A stretch of 44,747 nucleotides of DNA from NCBI GenBank assembly GCA_029912145.1, contig GCA_029912145.1_4350.1. The stretch is one strand, 5' to 3'. The DNA is from Escherichia coli. GTDB taxonomy: Bacteria; Pseudomonadota; Gammaproteobacteria; Enterobacterales; Enterobacteriaceae. Of this stretch, positions 18,097-27,296 are shown piece after piece. Under the pieces are notes generated by a model, which had not been told where the DNA came from, searched no databases, and worked only from the letters and a program-made list of their open reading frames with translations. Within the stretch, counting starts at the first letter, position 1. Each line of letters begins with the position of its first letter. Made by a program: the position numbers and the translations under genes.

Positions 18097-18275
18097 TGGT
18101 GCATAGATACGAAAACGACCACGGCGATATGTTTCAGGCCGCGGGAGGGCGCTGGGTCCTATACGAAGACTACGCGGAGCTGGCGCGTAAACTGCGCGAG
18201 CTTGCTAAGCAGGTAGTAAACAGTCCGTGCGACTGGAAGACGGATGAATTAGCGCGCGAGATTCTGGACCTATGA
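18096..18275 (+). CDS. Small protein, paralog B (59 aa)
   Basis: ATG overlaps the upstream stop (TGATG); shares the pattern G.WV..EDY..L..KL.E with paralog A. Confidence 0.5.
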   Translation: MVHRYENDHGDMFQAAGGRWVLYEDYAELARKLRELAKQVVNSPCDWKTDELAREILDL

Positions 18276-18565
18276 GCCTTGCAACTGACATCCTGAAACG
18301 GAGCGGCCTTGCGCCGCTGTCGCCGAGAGCGAACACACGAATATACAAGCGTCGCCGTAACGTGCTGTACCCAGAGATTCAGGACAGACGTAAAGCTATC
18401 CGCGCCTGTGGATTCCAGAACGGGAAGGCTGTGAATCTCGGTGAGTTTAAAACGCAGGAACGTGCGGCTATCGCTAATCGGTTATTTAATTACTGGAAAT
18501 CGCTGGGTTATGAAGATATTCCGACGAAACCACAGAGACGACAATACATCTGGCGTCATAAATAA
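18272..18565 (+). CDS. Hypothetical protein, possibly AP2-like DNA-binding (97 aa)
   Basis: Weak resemblance to AP2-type domains (GKAVNLGEFKTQERAAIA); low certainty. Confidence 0.4.
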   Translation: MSLATDILKRSGLAPLSPRANTRIYKRRRNVLYPEIQDRRKAIRACGFQNGKAVNLGEFKTQERAAIANRLFNYWKSLGYEDIPTKPQRRQYIWRHK

Positions 18566-18595
18566 ACCGTTATTAAGATAATTTCTAACCGTGCT

Positions 18596-18635
18596 ATCCT
18601 CCAGTTACTGCATACTTAATACGCACCTGGAGGAT
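18596..18635 (+). promoter_or_regulatory. Hairpin (9 bp perfect stem ATCCTCCAG / CTGGAGGAT) that sequesters the GGAGGA ribosome-binding site of the holin gene
   Basis: Perfect complementarity read directly; the RBS lies in the 3-prime arm, 6 nt before the TTG start at 18641. Confidence 0.4.
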
Positions 18636-18640
18636 TCATC

Positions 18641-18949
18641 TTGGATAAATTTACTGAAACAGTGACAGGCTGGCTTCTCGCTGCCGCGCTAGCCGGAGGG
18701 GTAATCGGACTACGACAACATAAGTCTGTTATTTCTGGCCCCATCGACGGATTCTGCTTTATCGCAACCGGCTTCACTTGCGCTGTATTCGGCGCGCCTC
18801 TTGCCGCTCAATGGTTCGGTATTACCGGAGAGCGCGAGATAGCTGGCCTCGGATTCATCATCGCAATTCTCTGGATGCCCATCTATTCCCGTCTCTCCGG
18901 TATCGTCTCTGGAGAATACATCGCTCGTCGAGGAGGCACAGATGAATGA
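18641..18949 (+). CDS. Holin candidate (three predicted transmembrane segments, 102 aa, TTG start)
   Basis: Hydrophobic segments; immediately upstream of the second membrane protein and endolysin. Confidence 0.6.
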   Translation: MDKFTETVTGWLLAAALAGGVIGLRQHKSVISGPIDGFCFIATGFTCAVFGAPLAAQWFGITGEREIAGLGFIIAILWMPIYSRLSGIVSGEYIARRGGTDE

Positions 18950-19214
18950 GTTATTCTGGTTCGGTGGTATGCTGGTAATCGGGGGCACATCGCTGTTTAA
19001 TGTGTATCATCCCAGCGTGGACGACGGATTATTTGGCCGGGTGCTCTATATCCTGACTGCCATCGTCTGTGCTGCCGGATGTATCCACCTGTTACAGGGC
19101 AGCATGTCACCAACGCTGCCTGAGACGTTAATCACATTAGTTGCGCTGCGTCAGATTCGCCAGGTGTGGCTGTCATACGGAGGACATAAGCGTGTCTCGA
19201 AATATTTCAGATAA
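18942..19214 (+). CDS. Second small membrane protein of the lysis cassette (holin/antiholin-like, 90 aa)
   Basis: Two hydrophobic segments; overlaps both neighbours. Confidence 0.5.
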   Translation: MNELFWFGGMLVIGGTSLFNVYHPSVDDGLFGRVLYILTAIVCAAGCIHLLQGSMSPTLPETLITLVALRQIRQVWLSYGGHKRVSKYFR

Positions 19215-19680
19215 TGGATTGCATTTTACCGCCGCGTTCGAGGGATTCCGAGGAACTGCGTATCGCGCTACACCGAATGAGAAGTACCTGACTATTGGGT
19301 ATGGAAGCTATGGCCCGCATGTTAAGGCGGGGCAGACCATCACTCCAGGACAAGGCCTCCTGTTACTTAATCGCGATATGGCTAAAGCCGTAGCTGCGGT
19401 TGATGCGGCAGCGCACCATTCACTGACACAGGCACAGTTCGACGCTGTGTGTGACCTGGTCTACAACGCAGGCGCTGGCGTGATTGCCGCTACCACGGGC
19501 ACAGGTAAGGCGCTGCGTTCTGGTGACATCGAGACGCTGCGGGCTAAGCTGACACTGTTCATCAACCAGAACGGCAGACCACTACTCGGCCTGCGTCGCC
19601 GTACAGCAGGTCGTCTGGCGCTGTTTGACGGTAAACCGTGGCAAGAGGCGGAGGCAATTGGGCGCGCGGTGAAAGGTTGA
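19192..19680 (+). CDS. Endolysin, lysozyme-like (glycoside hydrolase family 24-like)
   Basis: GTG start at 19192 preceded by RBS GGAGGA; catalytic-region pattern FEGFRG...TIGYG typical of phage lysozymes. Confidence 0.85.
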   Translation: MSRNISDNGLHFTAAFEGFRGTAYRATPNEKYLTIGYGSYGPHVKAGQTITPGQGLLLLNRDMAKAVAAVDAAAHHSLTQAQFDAVCDLVYNAGAGVIAATTGTGKALRSGDIETLRAKLTLFINQNGRPLLGLRRRTAGRLALFDGKPWQEAEAIGRAVKG

Positions 19681-19745
19681 CACCTAAGACTAATCCGACG
19701 ATACTTAAATCACCTCCTGTTCCATCCCTCTGCTCTCCAGTTTTA

Positions 19746-19779
19746 TCCCGGCCCTGACCCAGCCGGGATTTTTTTTTAT
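19746..19779 (+). terminator. Rho-independent terminator after the endolysin (CCCGGC...GCCGGG followed by T9)
   Basis: GC stem followed by a run of nine T. Confidence 0.7.
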
Positions 19780-19861
19780 CTATTTTCGGTAATGACTAGT
19801 TGACTATTACCCTCGACCCTATTATATCTACTTCATCGACAACGAGAACGGAGTAGAGAAG

Positions 19862-20059
19862 ATGAGTAACGTACCGACAATCGCAATAACCGAGGAACTT
19901 GAAGCCAAATGTATCGCATCAGTTATAGGGAATGGTTCGGTGGAAAAACTACAGATGAGGGCCGCTGCGGGCTACATACGCAGGGCTAATAGCGCGCAGA
20001 CTTATGTTTTACGTAAACGTTACCTCGTGAAAGCGTTAGAAATACTGGAGAATAACTAA
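19862..20059 (+). CDS. Hypothetical protein (65 aa)
   Basis: ORF after a promoter-like TTGACT element near 19800. Confidence 0.45.
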   Translation: MSNVPTIAITEELEAKCIASVIGNGSVEKLQMRAAAGYIRRANSAQTYVLRKRYLVKALEILENN

Positions 20060-20204
20060 TGAAAATCACAGATATCGAAGCATTCAAAGACGCGCAACTG
20101 ATGGCACGTATCGCCGTTAGTAACCTTAGCAACAGCATCCCGGCAGACGCGTTCTGGTTCGCTGCGATGCAGACACTTAAAGCAGCATATGCAGGAGAGA
20201 AGAA

Positions 20205-20402
20205 ATGAAAGTTAAAGCAGCTAAAATTCTCTGGTTACCCGCCCTTGACTATGTGACAGAGGGTAAAGTGTATGACGTATACAACCCGAAAACTACTGGT
20301 TTTGGTTATATAGTTGCCGATGACGGCTGTGATATTTACATAGACTTTGGTAGCGATGAAGGTGATGGTTTCCACGGCGTTAAATGGGAGATTGTCGAAT
20401 GA
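20205..20402 (+). CDS. Hypothetical protein (65 aa)
   Basis: ORF in a tightly packed array with overlapping stops and starts. Confidence 0.45.
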   Translation: MKVKAAKILWLPALDYVTEGKVYDVYNPKTTGFGYIVADDGCDIYIDFGSDEGDGFHGVKWEIVE

Positions 20403-20553
20403 GCGAACAAACACCAATCAGCCAACCGTTACGAGTAGGCCGTAAAGTCAGTCACACCCCGTTCCTGACACGCGAGGAACTGATGAAACGTAACAGTTTC
20501 CCGGGGCCGGACAAGAACAAGTATCTCAATCGCATGTGGGGAGAGCGTAAAGA

Positions 20554-20739
20554 ATGACTGACCGCGAATATGAAAAGATGATGGTTGAGGTCGTTAACAG
20601 CGGCGTAGACATCGGACACGTGATGCGCGTCCTGAATACTAAAATCGCGGTAGCCGAGCAAATGGTCGAGTCGCTTTACGAGACGCGCCGTGAACTGATT
20701 AACCGCTTCAACCTGAACAAAGGTGACACCAACGCCTAA
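20554..20739 (+). CDS. Hypothetical protein (61 aa)
   Basis: ORF in the array. Confidence 0.45.
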   Translation: MTDREYEKMMVEVVNSGVDIGHVMRVLNTKIAVAEQMVESLYETRRELINRFNLNKGDTNA

Positions 20740-21019
20740 AATCACAATCGCATCTCTCGAGCGCCGTATTCTGGTGCTTGAGTCGGAGAAACAGACGTTA
20801 GGCGGGCAACTGTCGATTAACGGTGAGTTTCAGCTGGAGGCGTTCCGTATACTCCTCGGCGTTATGAAGCAGGAACCCAGCGCATACGCGGGAGTGTTCC
20901 TTGACGAGGAAGGTTCGCAGACACTAAGTTACTACGCTACCGAAGAAGAATTAGCGTTCGACGGCCCCGCGGTATCTATCCCGCTGTTCGATAACTGGAT
21001 GGTGTACGACTATGACTAA
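20723..21019 (+). CDS. Hypothetical acidic protein (98 aa)
   Basis: ORF in the array. Confidence 0.45.
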   Translation: MTPTPKITIASLERRILVLESEKQTLGGQLSINGEFQLEAFRILLGVMKQEPSAYAGVFLDEEGSQTLSYYATEEELAFDGPAVSIPLFDNWMVYDYD

Positions 21020-21197
21020 AGCGCCTGAACCAGTAGTTATCGATGGCGTCCTGTGGAAGCCATACTCGGTTTACCACATCGACGCCGACGGGAAGAAGTT
21101 TAGCTTCTACATTTTTGCAATTAGCCGTGAGCACGCCGCTTGTGTGGTTGACGATATTCGAGAAACGGCGTGGCTTGGTGATGAGATAGCGGGGTGA
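21012..21197 (+). CDS. Hypothetical protein (61 aa)
   Basis: ORF in the array. Confidence 0.45.
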   Translation: MTKAPEPVVIDGVLWKPYSVYHIDADGKKFSFYIFAISREHAACVVDDIRETAWLGDEIAG

Positions 21198-21451
21198 GAG
21201 TATGAGTCTCGAGGTGGTTATCGGTCTGGTGGGTCTTAGTTACTTCATTGGGCTGTTGGTTGGGTTTCTGTGGGGTAAATACTAATGTTCAGTGACATTA
21301 ACGCGGCAATCGAAGAAGCAATCTGGCGTCGCTACAACGGCGAGCAACAACGGCATTTCTGCCTGGTGCAACGCGGTAACATGATTGCCGTAGTGCAGGA
21401 CCGCGATAACAAATATCCGAATGCGATGTGGACAACGAGGAATTTTTTAGG

Positions 21452-21688
21452 ATGATTACCAGCATTCCGAACCTGATTAAAGAATTCGGCACGATGGCCG
21501 AGACATGCCGGCAAACCGGCATCAACGAAATGACGATTGCGAAGTACAGCAAAGACGTTGATTGCGAGCGCCACGTAATTTATAACAATCGTCTGATGAC
21601 ACATGTTAAGACAAGCCCGGTGTTATTCACGCGCCGGGGTATCACTAAAACTGAGCAACGCATTGCTAAAGGGGAGAGTGGGGAATGA
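21452..21688 (+). CDS. Hypothetical protein with possible HTH (about 78 aa)
   Basis: Internal ATG of track ORF 21428-21688; segment ETCRQTGINEMTIAKYSK is HTH-like. Confidence 0.4.
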   Translation: MITSIPNLIKEFGTMAETCRQTGINEMTIAKYSKDVDCERHVIYNNRLMTHVKTSPVLFTRRGITKTEQRIAKGESGE

Positions 21689-21867
21689 TTGAGATTTTGA
21701 GGGCTACGAATGTTGCTGGTGACCTGGTGTTTTGGCTGGCCTTTCTCGGTGTGCTGATAAAACAACCGACTCTGTTTAACAGTCTCCCTCGTTACCTGTG
21801 GTGGCCTATGTTTTTAGGCATGGGTGTATCAGGCGTGGCAGGCATCCTTTTGTGGTTTTTCAAATGA
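21685..21867 (+). CDS. Small membrane protein (60 aa)
   Basis: Two hydrophobic segments. Confidence 0.45.
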   Translation: MIEILRATNVAGDLVFWLAFLGVLIKQPTLFNSLPRYLWWPMFLGMGVSGVAGILLWFFK

Positions 21868-21969
21868 GACTACTAATCATCCCTAACGCCTGGGCCATTC
21901 CCGTAGCCAACGACCATTACGGCGGCGACGGTAAAAGAGCGCAACGACACGGCCTATACAACTGATACA

Positions 21970-21992
21970 AGCCCTCTACGGAGGGCTTTTCT
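21970..21992 (+). terminator. Rho-independent terminator (AGCCCTC-TACG-GAGGGCT followed by TTTCT)
   Basis: Stem-loop plus T tract, read directly. Confidence 0.6.
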
Positions 21993-22027
21993 GTACATCC
22001 CGCCCAATCCCCTTATATAATCTATTT

Positions 22028-22046
22028 AGACGCGTAGGGCGCGTCT
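22028..22046. repeat. Inverted repeat AGACGCG-TAGGG-CGCGTCT upstream of the terminase small subunit gene; a third AGACGC copy lies near 22064
   Basis: Read directly; preceded by a TATATAAT -10-like element near 22014-22021. Confidence 0.5.
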
Positions 22047-22086
22047 GGTGCGCTCTGATGGTCAGACGCATATGCAAGGGGATTCT

Positions 22087-22596
22087 ATGAAGCTGAAACT
22101 TAAGCAGCCATCGCCAGAGGTGGTGCAAGCTGCACATGAAGAAGCTGTTAGCGCAAACCGTCGCCGTAAACAACCGCGCGGTAAACAGAGCCTTTATCAA
22201 TCATCCCGTAATTCCGCTGCGCTGTGGGACCCGGACTATTGCGACGAATTGATTCGTTTCTTTGACCGCACGTCGTGGGAGCTTGTGCCAACGTCTAAGG
22301 GTGATGAACGCCCACTGATTCAGGATAAGCCGCCGTCACTGGCCCGCTTCGCCTTACACATCGGCGTAACTATCCCGATAATTAAGCTGTGGCTGCGCGA
22401 GATTCCCGCATTTGCAGAAGCATACGAAACCGCCCAGGCTCTGGAAGAGGCATACTTCACTGAGACAGGGGCTGCGGGCATCTCGGCTACGTTTGCTGCC
22501 GCGAAACTGGGCCTGAATAAAACAGTTGTCGCCGAAGAAGTACGCGACGAGCCAATCAGCGAAGTAACAATTAAGGTGGTGTCCGGTGAACGTTAA
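22087..22596 (+). CDS. Terminase small subunit (putative)
   Basis: Position immediately upstream of and overlapping the large terminase gene; ATG at 22087 with RBS AGGGGA; no diagnostic motif, so positional call. Confidence 0.55.
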   Translation: MKLKLKQPSPEVVQAAHEEAVSANRRRKQPRGKQSLYQSSRNSAALWDPDYCDELIRFFDRTSWELVPTSKGDERPLIQDKPPSLARFALHIGVTIPIIKLWLREIPAFAEAYETAQALEEAYFTETGAAGISATFAAAKLGLNKTVVAEEVRDEPISEVTIKVVSGER

Positions 22597-23857
22597 TATC
22601 ACGGCAACGGAGCCGCAAGGCGCGTTTCTCGGTATGCATTGCAAGTTTCCGGCATTCGTAGCTGGCTTCGGTACGGGTAAATCCGAAGTTATGTGCAACT
22701 CTGCACTACTCGACAGCATGGAAGGTGGTAGCGATTCTATCATCGCCATGTATGAGCCGACCTATGACCTGGTGCGCCTCATCCTTGCACCGCGTATGGA
22801 AGAAAAGCTCACCGACTGGGGTATCCGGTACAAATACAACAAGTCTGACAACATAATCTATACGTCTTCCGGACAATTTGGGGATTTTGTTCTGCGTACA
22901 CTTGATAATCCAGCAAGAATCGTTGGCTACGAATCGTTTCGTGCGAAAATCGACGAGTTGGACACCCTTAACATGGAGCACGCCGAGCACGCGTGGAACA
23001 AAGTCATCGCCCGTAACCGCCAGTTGCCGCGGACATATAAACCTATTACACCGAAACCTGCTAATACCGTTTCCGTGTTCACTACTCCGGAAGGATTCCG
23101 TTTCGTACATGACCGCTGGGTAGTCAAAAAGAATCCAGGCTACGAGATGATTCAGGCGTCCACCCTGTCTAACCCGTTCCTGCCAGAAGATTATGTGCAG
23201 TCGTTACGCGACACATACCCAGGTCAGTTGATTGACGCCTACATCGACGGCAAGTTCGTAAACCTCACGTCCGGAACGGTATACTATGCTTACGACCGCA
23301 GGAAAAACAGCAGTCGCGAAACAATCAATCCCGGCGAGACTCTGTATATTGGGCAGGACTTTAACGTAGGTCACATGGCGAGCACGGTTTACGTGCAACG
23401 CGGTAAGGTCTGGCACGCTGTTGCCGAGTTGGTTGATATGTTCGATACGCCTGACGTAGTGCGGGCCATAACTGAGCGATGGAAAAGTAAGGGCCACTAT
23501 ATCGTTATGTACCCGGACGCCAGCGGCAAAAACCGTAAAAGCAACAACGCCAGTACCTCAGACATCGCTCAGTTACAGCAGGCCGGTTTCGAAGTACGCG
23601 CCAAATCAACAAACCCGTCGGTTAAAGACCGCGTATCAGCAATGAACAAGGCGCTTGAATCTGGTATGGTCATGATTAATGAGCAGGCATGCCCGGTTAC
23701 GGCGCGATGCCTTGAGCAACAGGCTTACGACAAGAACGGCGAACCAGATAAATCGGGTGGTGTGGACCACCAGAACGACGGGACCACATATCCTATCGCG
23801 TATGAAATGCCGATTCGCAAACCAGTTATTAATGTCCCGGTGACTTTCGCACTTTAA
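22586..23857 (+). CDS. Terminase large subunit
   Basis: Walker A-like AGFGTGKSEV near the N-terminus; size and position ahead of the portal gene. Confidence 0.85.
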   Translation: MNVNITATEPQGAFLGMHCKFPAFVAGFGTGKSEVMCNSALLDSMEGGSDSIIAMYEPTYDLVRLILAPRMEEKLTDWGIRYKYNKSDNIIYTSSGQFGDFVLRTLDNPARIVGYESFRAKIDELDTLNMEHAEHAWNKVIARNRQLPRTYKPITPKPANTVSVFTTPEGFRFVHDRWVVKKNPGYEMIQASTLSNPFLPEDYVQSLRDTYPGQLIDAYIDGKFVNLTSGTVYYAYDRRKNSSRETINPGETLYIGQDFNVGHMASTVYVQRGKVWHAVAELVDMFDTPDVVRAITERWKSKGHYIVMYPDASGKNRKSNNASTSDIAQLQQAGFEVRAKSTNPSVKDRVSAMNKALESGMVMINEQACPVTARCLEQQAYDKNGEPDKSGGVDHQNDGTTYPIAYEMPIRKPVINVPVTFAL

Positions 23858-23869
23858 GAGGATTATTCA

Positions 23870-25354
23870 ATGTTAACTATGAACGGTCAGAATCAGGGTG
23901 TTAAGACAAAACACCGGGAATGGCTGCACCACTTCGATAAATGGCAGAAGGTGCGCCACGCGCTGGAAGGCGACCTTATCCGCTATCTGCGCAACGTTGG
24001 GAAGAATGAGCCGGACCCGACCTACGCGGCACAGCGCCAGGAAGAATACGAGAACGGCGCTATCTGTTACAACTTCACCAAGAGAACGCTGGCGGGGATG
24101 GTCGGCAGTGTCATGCGCAAAGACCCCGAGCAGATTATACCGCCTGAACTGGAGTACCTGTTACGTAACGCGGACGGTTCTGGTGTCGGGCTGTGGCAGC
24201 ACGCACAGGATACGCTAATGGAGATTGATTCGGTGGGTCGTGGCGGGTTGCTGGTGGACGCCCCGGAGACAGCCGCGGCAACGGCAGCCGAACAGAACGC
24301 GGGGTTACTAAACCCGGTCATTGCATTCTACACTGCTGAGAACATCATCAACTGGCGACTGACCCGCATCGGCTCAGTGAACCGTGTGACGATGGTCGTG
24401 TTACGTGAGGTGTGGGAATACTCAGAACCAAGTGCAGAGTTCGAAACAAAGTTCGGTGAACAATACCGCGTTCTCGATTTGATTGACGGGCGCTACCGCC
24501 AGCGAATCTATCGCTTCGATGCCGAAGGTGGCGCTCAGGATGATGTAATCGAAATATTCCCGGAACTTGGCGAACAGTTACGGGGCAAAATCCCGTTCAC
24601 GTTCATTGGGGCAAGCAACAACGATGCGACCATTGATGATGCACCTTTGCTGCCGCTTGCTGAACTAAACATAGGACATTTCCGCAACAGCGCAGACAAT
24701 GAGGAGTCCAGTTTCGTTGTAGGTCAGCCAACTCTGTTCATCGCCCCGGGTGAGAACATGAGCATGGAACAGTGGAAAGAAGCCAACCCACACGGCGTGC
24801 GCATGGGGTCGCGTTCAGGCCATAACATTGGTTACGGCGGCAATGCGTTTCTGGTTCAGGCAGGAGAGAACAACCTCGCCAAGCAGAACATGCTGGATAA
24901 AGAGAATCAGGCCATCCAGATTGGCGCGCAGCTTATCACCCCGACGCAGCAAATCACCGCTGAATCGGCACGGCTGCAACGCGGCGCGGATACGTCCGTT
25001 ATGGCGACAATCGCACGTAACGTAAGCATGGCATATACCGATGCGTTGCGCTGGGTGGCTGCGATGCTAGGGTTGCGTGAAGGTACAGAGGTTGAGTTCA
25101 AGCTGAATATGGAGTTCTTCCTGCAACCAATGACCGCTCAGGACCGCGCCCAGTGGATGGCGGATATTAACGCTGGCCTGTTACCGGCTACAGCTTACTA
25201 TGCGGTATTGCGTAAGGCGGGCGTAACGGACTGGACGGACGAAGACATTCAGAACGCTATCGAGGATGCGCCTCTGCCTATGGGCGCGGTTACCCAGGTA
25301 GCAGGGGAGATTCCTGCTACAGCAAGACAGGAACAGGATGCCACTCAGCAGTAA
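23870..25354 (+). CDS. Portal protein
   Basis: 494 aa ORF between terminase and head-morphogenesis genes; RBS AAGAGG. Confidence 0.8.
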   Translation: MLTMNGQNQGVKTKHREWLHHFDKWQKVRHALEGDLIRYLRNVGKNEPDPTYAAQRQEEYENGAICYNFTKRTLAGMVGSVMRKDPEQIIPPELEYLLRNADGSGVGLWQHAQDTLMEIDSVGRGGLLVDAPETAAATAAEQNAGLLNPVIAFYTAENIINWRLTRIGSVNRVTMVVLREVWEYSEPSAEFETKFGEQYRVLDLIDGRYRQRIYRFDAEGGAQDDVIEIFPELGEQLRGKIPFTFIGASNNDATIDDAPLLPLAELNIGHFRNSADNEESSFVVGQPTLFIAPGENMSMEQWKEANPHGVRMGSRSGHNIGYGGNAFLVQAGENNLAKQNMLDKENQAIQIGAQLITPTQQITAESARLQRGADTSVMATIARNVSMAYTDALRWVAAMLGLREGTEVEFKLNMEFFLQPMTAQDRAQWMADINAGLLPATAYYAVLRKAGVTDWTDEDIQNAIEDAPLPMGAVTQVAGEIPATARQEQDATQQ

Positions 25355-25364
25355 GCTCACATAT

Positions 25365-25385
25365 AGCCCCGAAAGGGGCTTTCTT
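25365..25385 (+). terminator. Rho-independent terminator after the portal gene (AGCCCC-GAAA-GGGGCT followed by TTCTT)
   Basis: Read directly. Confidence 0.55.
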
Positions 25386-25423
25386 ATAGTATGCTATTAA
25401 CTTTAACGCCACAGGGTTTATCT

Positions 25424-26467
25424 ATGAGCTTACTTACATCATTAATCAGCCACCAGATATGGTTGCAACGCACCGCATCCGGTGAGGTGAAAGACCTCGC
25501 GCCGTTCATTCAGGAAATGCGGGACGAAATCAAACGGCAGGTGCTGTTATTCGGTGACGACGGGCGTAGCACCGCGCGACTGAATAAACTGTTACGCGAC
25601 CTTGAAGAAGCACTGGTGGGGCTTACGGGCGACTGGCAGACAAAGCTGACAGAAGACCTTAAGGAACTGGCGGCGTATGAGGCCGAGTGGAACGTAAAGA
25701 CACTGACCGCCAACGTAGCTGCGGAATTTGTTACACCTACCGCTGAACAGGTGTGGGCTGCTGCCGAGTTTCAACCGTTATCGTTGAGCGACAAGCCTGT
25801 TGACTTCACTAAGCTGATGTCAGGTTGGGGTGAAACCGAAGTCGCGCGCCTGGTAACGGGTGTTAAGATGGGCTTTGTTCAGGGTAAGACAACACGGCAG
25901 ATTGTTACAGAAGTAGTCGGTAAAGGCGGGCTGGCTGACGTATCAGAGAAATACGCCGCTACCGTAATCCGCACTGCGCTGTCTCACGTGTCCAACGAAG
26001 CCCGCAATGAAACATACCGCCAGAACGACGATATCATCGAGAAGTACGAATGGGTGTCAACGCTGGACAGCCGTACCAGTACGATTTGCAGGGCCAGAGA
26101 CGGGATGATGTGGGAAATCGGTAAAGGGCCAATGCCGCCAGCCCATCCGAATTGTCGGTCGTGCACAGCTCCGGTAATCAGTTCAGAGTTCGACTTCCTC
26201 GATAAAGGCGCAAAACGGGCGGCTAAGGGTGCAGATGGCGGTACTCAGGTAAACGCGGACACCACTTATTACGAGTTTCTGAAACAACAACCGGCGTGGT
26301 TTCAGGACCAGGCGCTCGGCCCGGTGCGAGGTAAGATTTTCCGTAACAGCGGTATATCGCCGGAAGAGTTTCGCGTAATATCTGTAGATGGTTTCGGGAA
26401 TCCGCTCACGCTTAAGCAGATGGCGGAACTCGATAAACGTGTTGCTGATTATCTGAAAGGGGATTAA
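25424..26467 (+). CDS. Head morphogenesis protein (Mu gpF / SPP1 gp7-like)
   Basis: HPNCRSCTAPV motif typical of the gp7/MuF family; follows the portal gene. Confidence 0.8.
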   Translation: MSLLTSLISHQIWLQRTASGEVKDLAPFIQEMRDEIKRQVLLFGDDGRSTARLNKLLRDLEEALVGLTGDWQTKLTEDLKELAAYEAEWNVKTLTANVAAEFVTPTAEQVWAAAEFQPLSLSDKPVDFTKLMSGWGETEVARLVTGVKMGFVQGKTTRQIVTEVVGKGGLADVSEKYAATVIRTALSHVSNEARNETYRQNDDIIEKYEWVSTLDSRTSTICRARDGMMWEIGKGPMPPAHPNCRSCTAPVISSEFDFLDKGAKRAAKGADGGTQVNADTTYYEFLKQQPAWFQDQALGPVRGKIFRNSGISPEEFRVISVDGFGNPLTLKQMAELDKRVADYLKGD

Positions 26468-26469
26468 CG

Positions 26470-26928
26470 ATGGGCTTTTTCAAAGTAACTGATGTACCGT
26501 CGCGCCGTGTAGTCCAGTACGCCCGAGTGTCTGGCTCTGGCGAGAACGTGGTGTTTATTAGGGATGAAAGTGTACTCGGTACACCAGTAGACGATATGCC
26601 GTTTGCGGATAAGACTGGCATCGCACTTCCTGCGGCGGGCATGCTTTACGAGATTCCGTATCTGGCTGATGCTGGCGACGTGTATTTCTCTGCACAACCA
26701 CAGGACGCTGAACTGGCAGACGGCAGCGCAACTATCACTGTAGAGGTTAAAGCCGGTAAAGCACCATATGCTCTGACCTGGTACAAAGACGGCAAGGAAG
26801 TGGTAAATGCGCCCGAAGAGGCTTTGTCTCTGACGGTTAACGCAGTTGGTGAATACTTCGTTAAGGTTACTGATGCCGATAGGGTAGAGGCTGTGAGTAA
26901 AGCGGCGAAGGTCACTAAGCCCGAATGA
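26470..26928 (+). CDS. Head-associated protein with C-terminal Ig-like domain (152 aa)
   Basis: C-terminal PYALTWYKDGKEV...GEYFVKVTD resembles Ig-like domains; shares this with the 30320-30661 gene. Confidence 0.5.
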   Translation: MGFFKVTDVPSRRVVQYARVSGSGENVVFIRDESVLGTPVDDMPFADKTGIALPAAGMLYEIPYLADAGDVYFSAQPQDAELADGSATITVEVKAGKAPYALTWYKDGKEVVNAPEEALSLTVNAVGEYFVKVTDADRVEAVSKAAKVTKPE

Positions 26929-26932
26929 TAGA

Positions 26933-26961
26933 AGGCCCCTTTAAGGGGCCTTAGTTTATTT
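26933..26961. terminator. Terminator hairpin between convergent genes (AGGCCCC-TTTA-AGGGGCCT followed by a T-rich tract)
   Basis: Read directly. Confidence 0.55.
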
Positions 26962-27240
26962 CTTTCCTAATGCTTTCTCGATTGCTCTTTTTGCCAGATT
27001 TAATGGATGGTCCTCATGGTAATCATCGGAAGATACCGCGCAAACATCCTCGACGTAATCGCGAAGCTGGCGAAGTGCTTCAAGTAACTCTGGTGCAGAG
27101 GAAATAAGCTTTGCGTTAGCCAATTTTACTGAGTCATTTTCCCTCATACTCATTACCTCCGCCACATAAACATCACCCGCCCAGATAGCCGTTTCGCAAT
27201 TAACCCATGTACCGTCTGTACCTTTAAATTTGTGTGTCAT
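26956..27240 (-). CDS. Antisense moron gene, hypothetical protein (94 aa)
   Basis: ATG at 27240 with RBS AGGAG; own TTGCAC-type promoter upstream and terminator downstream; opposite strand to the surrounding head genes. Confidence 0.6.
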   Translation of the reverse strand: MTHKFKGTDGTWVNCETAIWAGDVYVAEVMSMRENDSVKLANAKLISSAPELLEALRQLRDYVEDVCAVSSDDYHEDHPLNLAKRAIEKALGKK

Positions 27241-27267
27241 TTTGCATCTCCTGTTTAAGTTAACTGA

Positions 27268-27296
27268 ATAGTACCCTATTATATTGGTGTGTGCAA
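27268..27296 (-). promoter_or_regulatory. Early-type promoter on the minus strand: -35 TTGCAC, 17 bp spacer, -10 TACTAT(TCA), dyad AATAG-GGTA-CTATT
   Basis: Near-identical to the 15753 site. Confidence 0.6.

Noticed and set aside
19800-19830. TTGACT followed by CTATTA...CCCTATTATAT, a possible further copy of the dyad promoter family
   Set aside because: Contains only partial half-sites and a poor -10; kept out of the motif family count, though a promoter here is plausible after the terminator.
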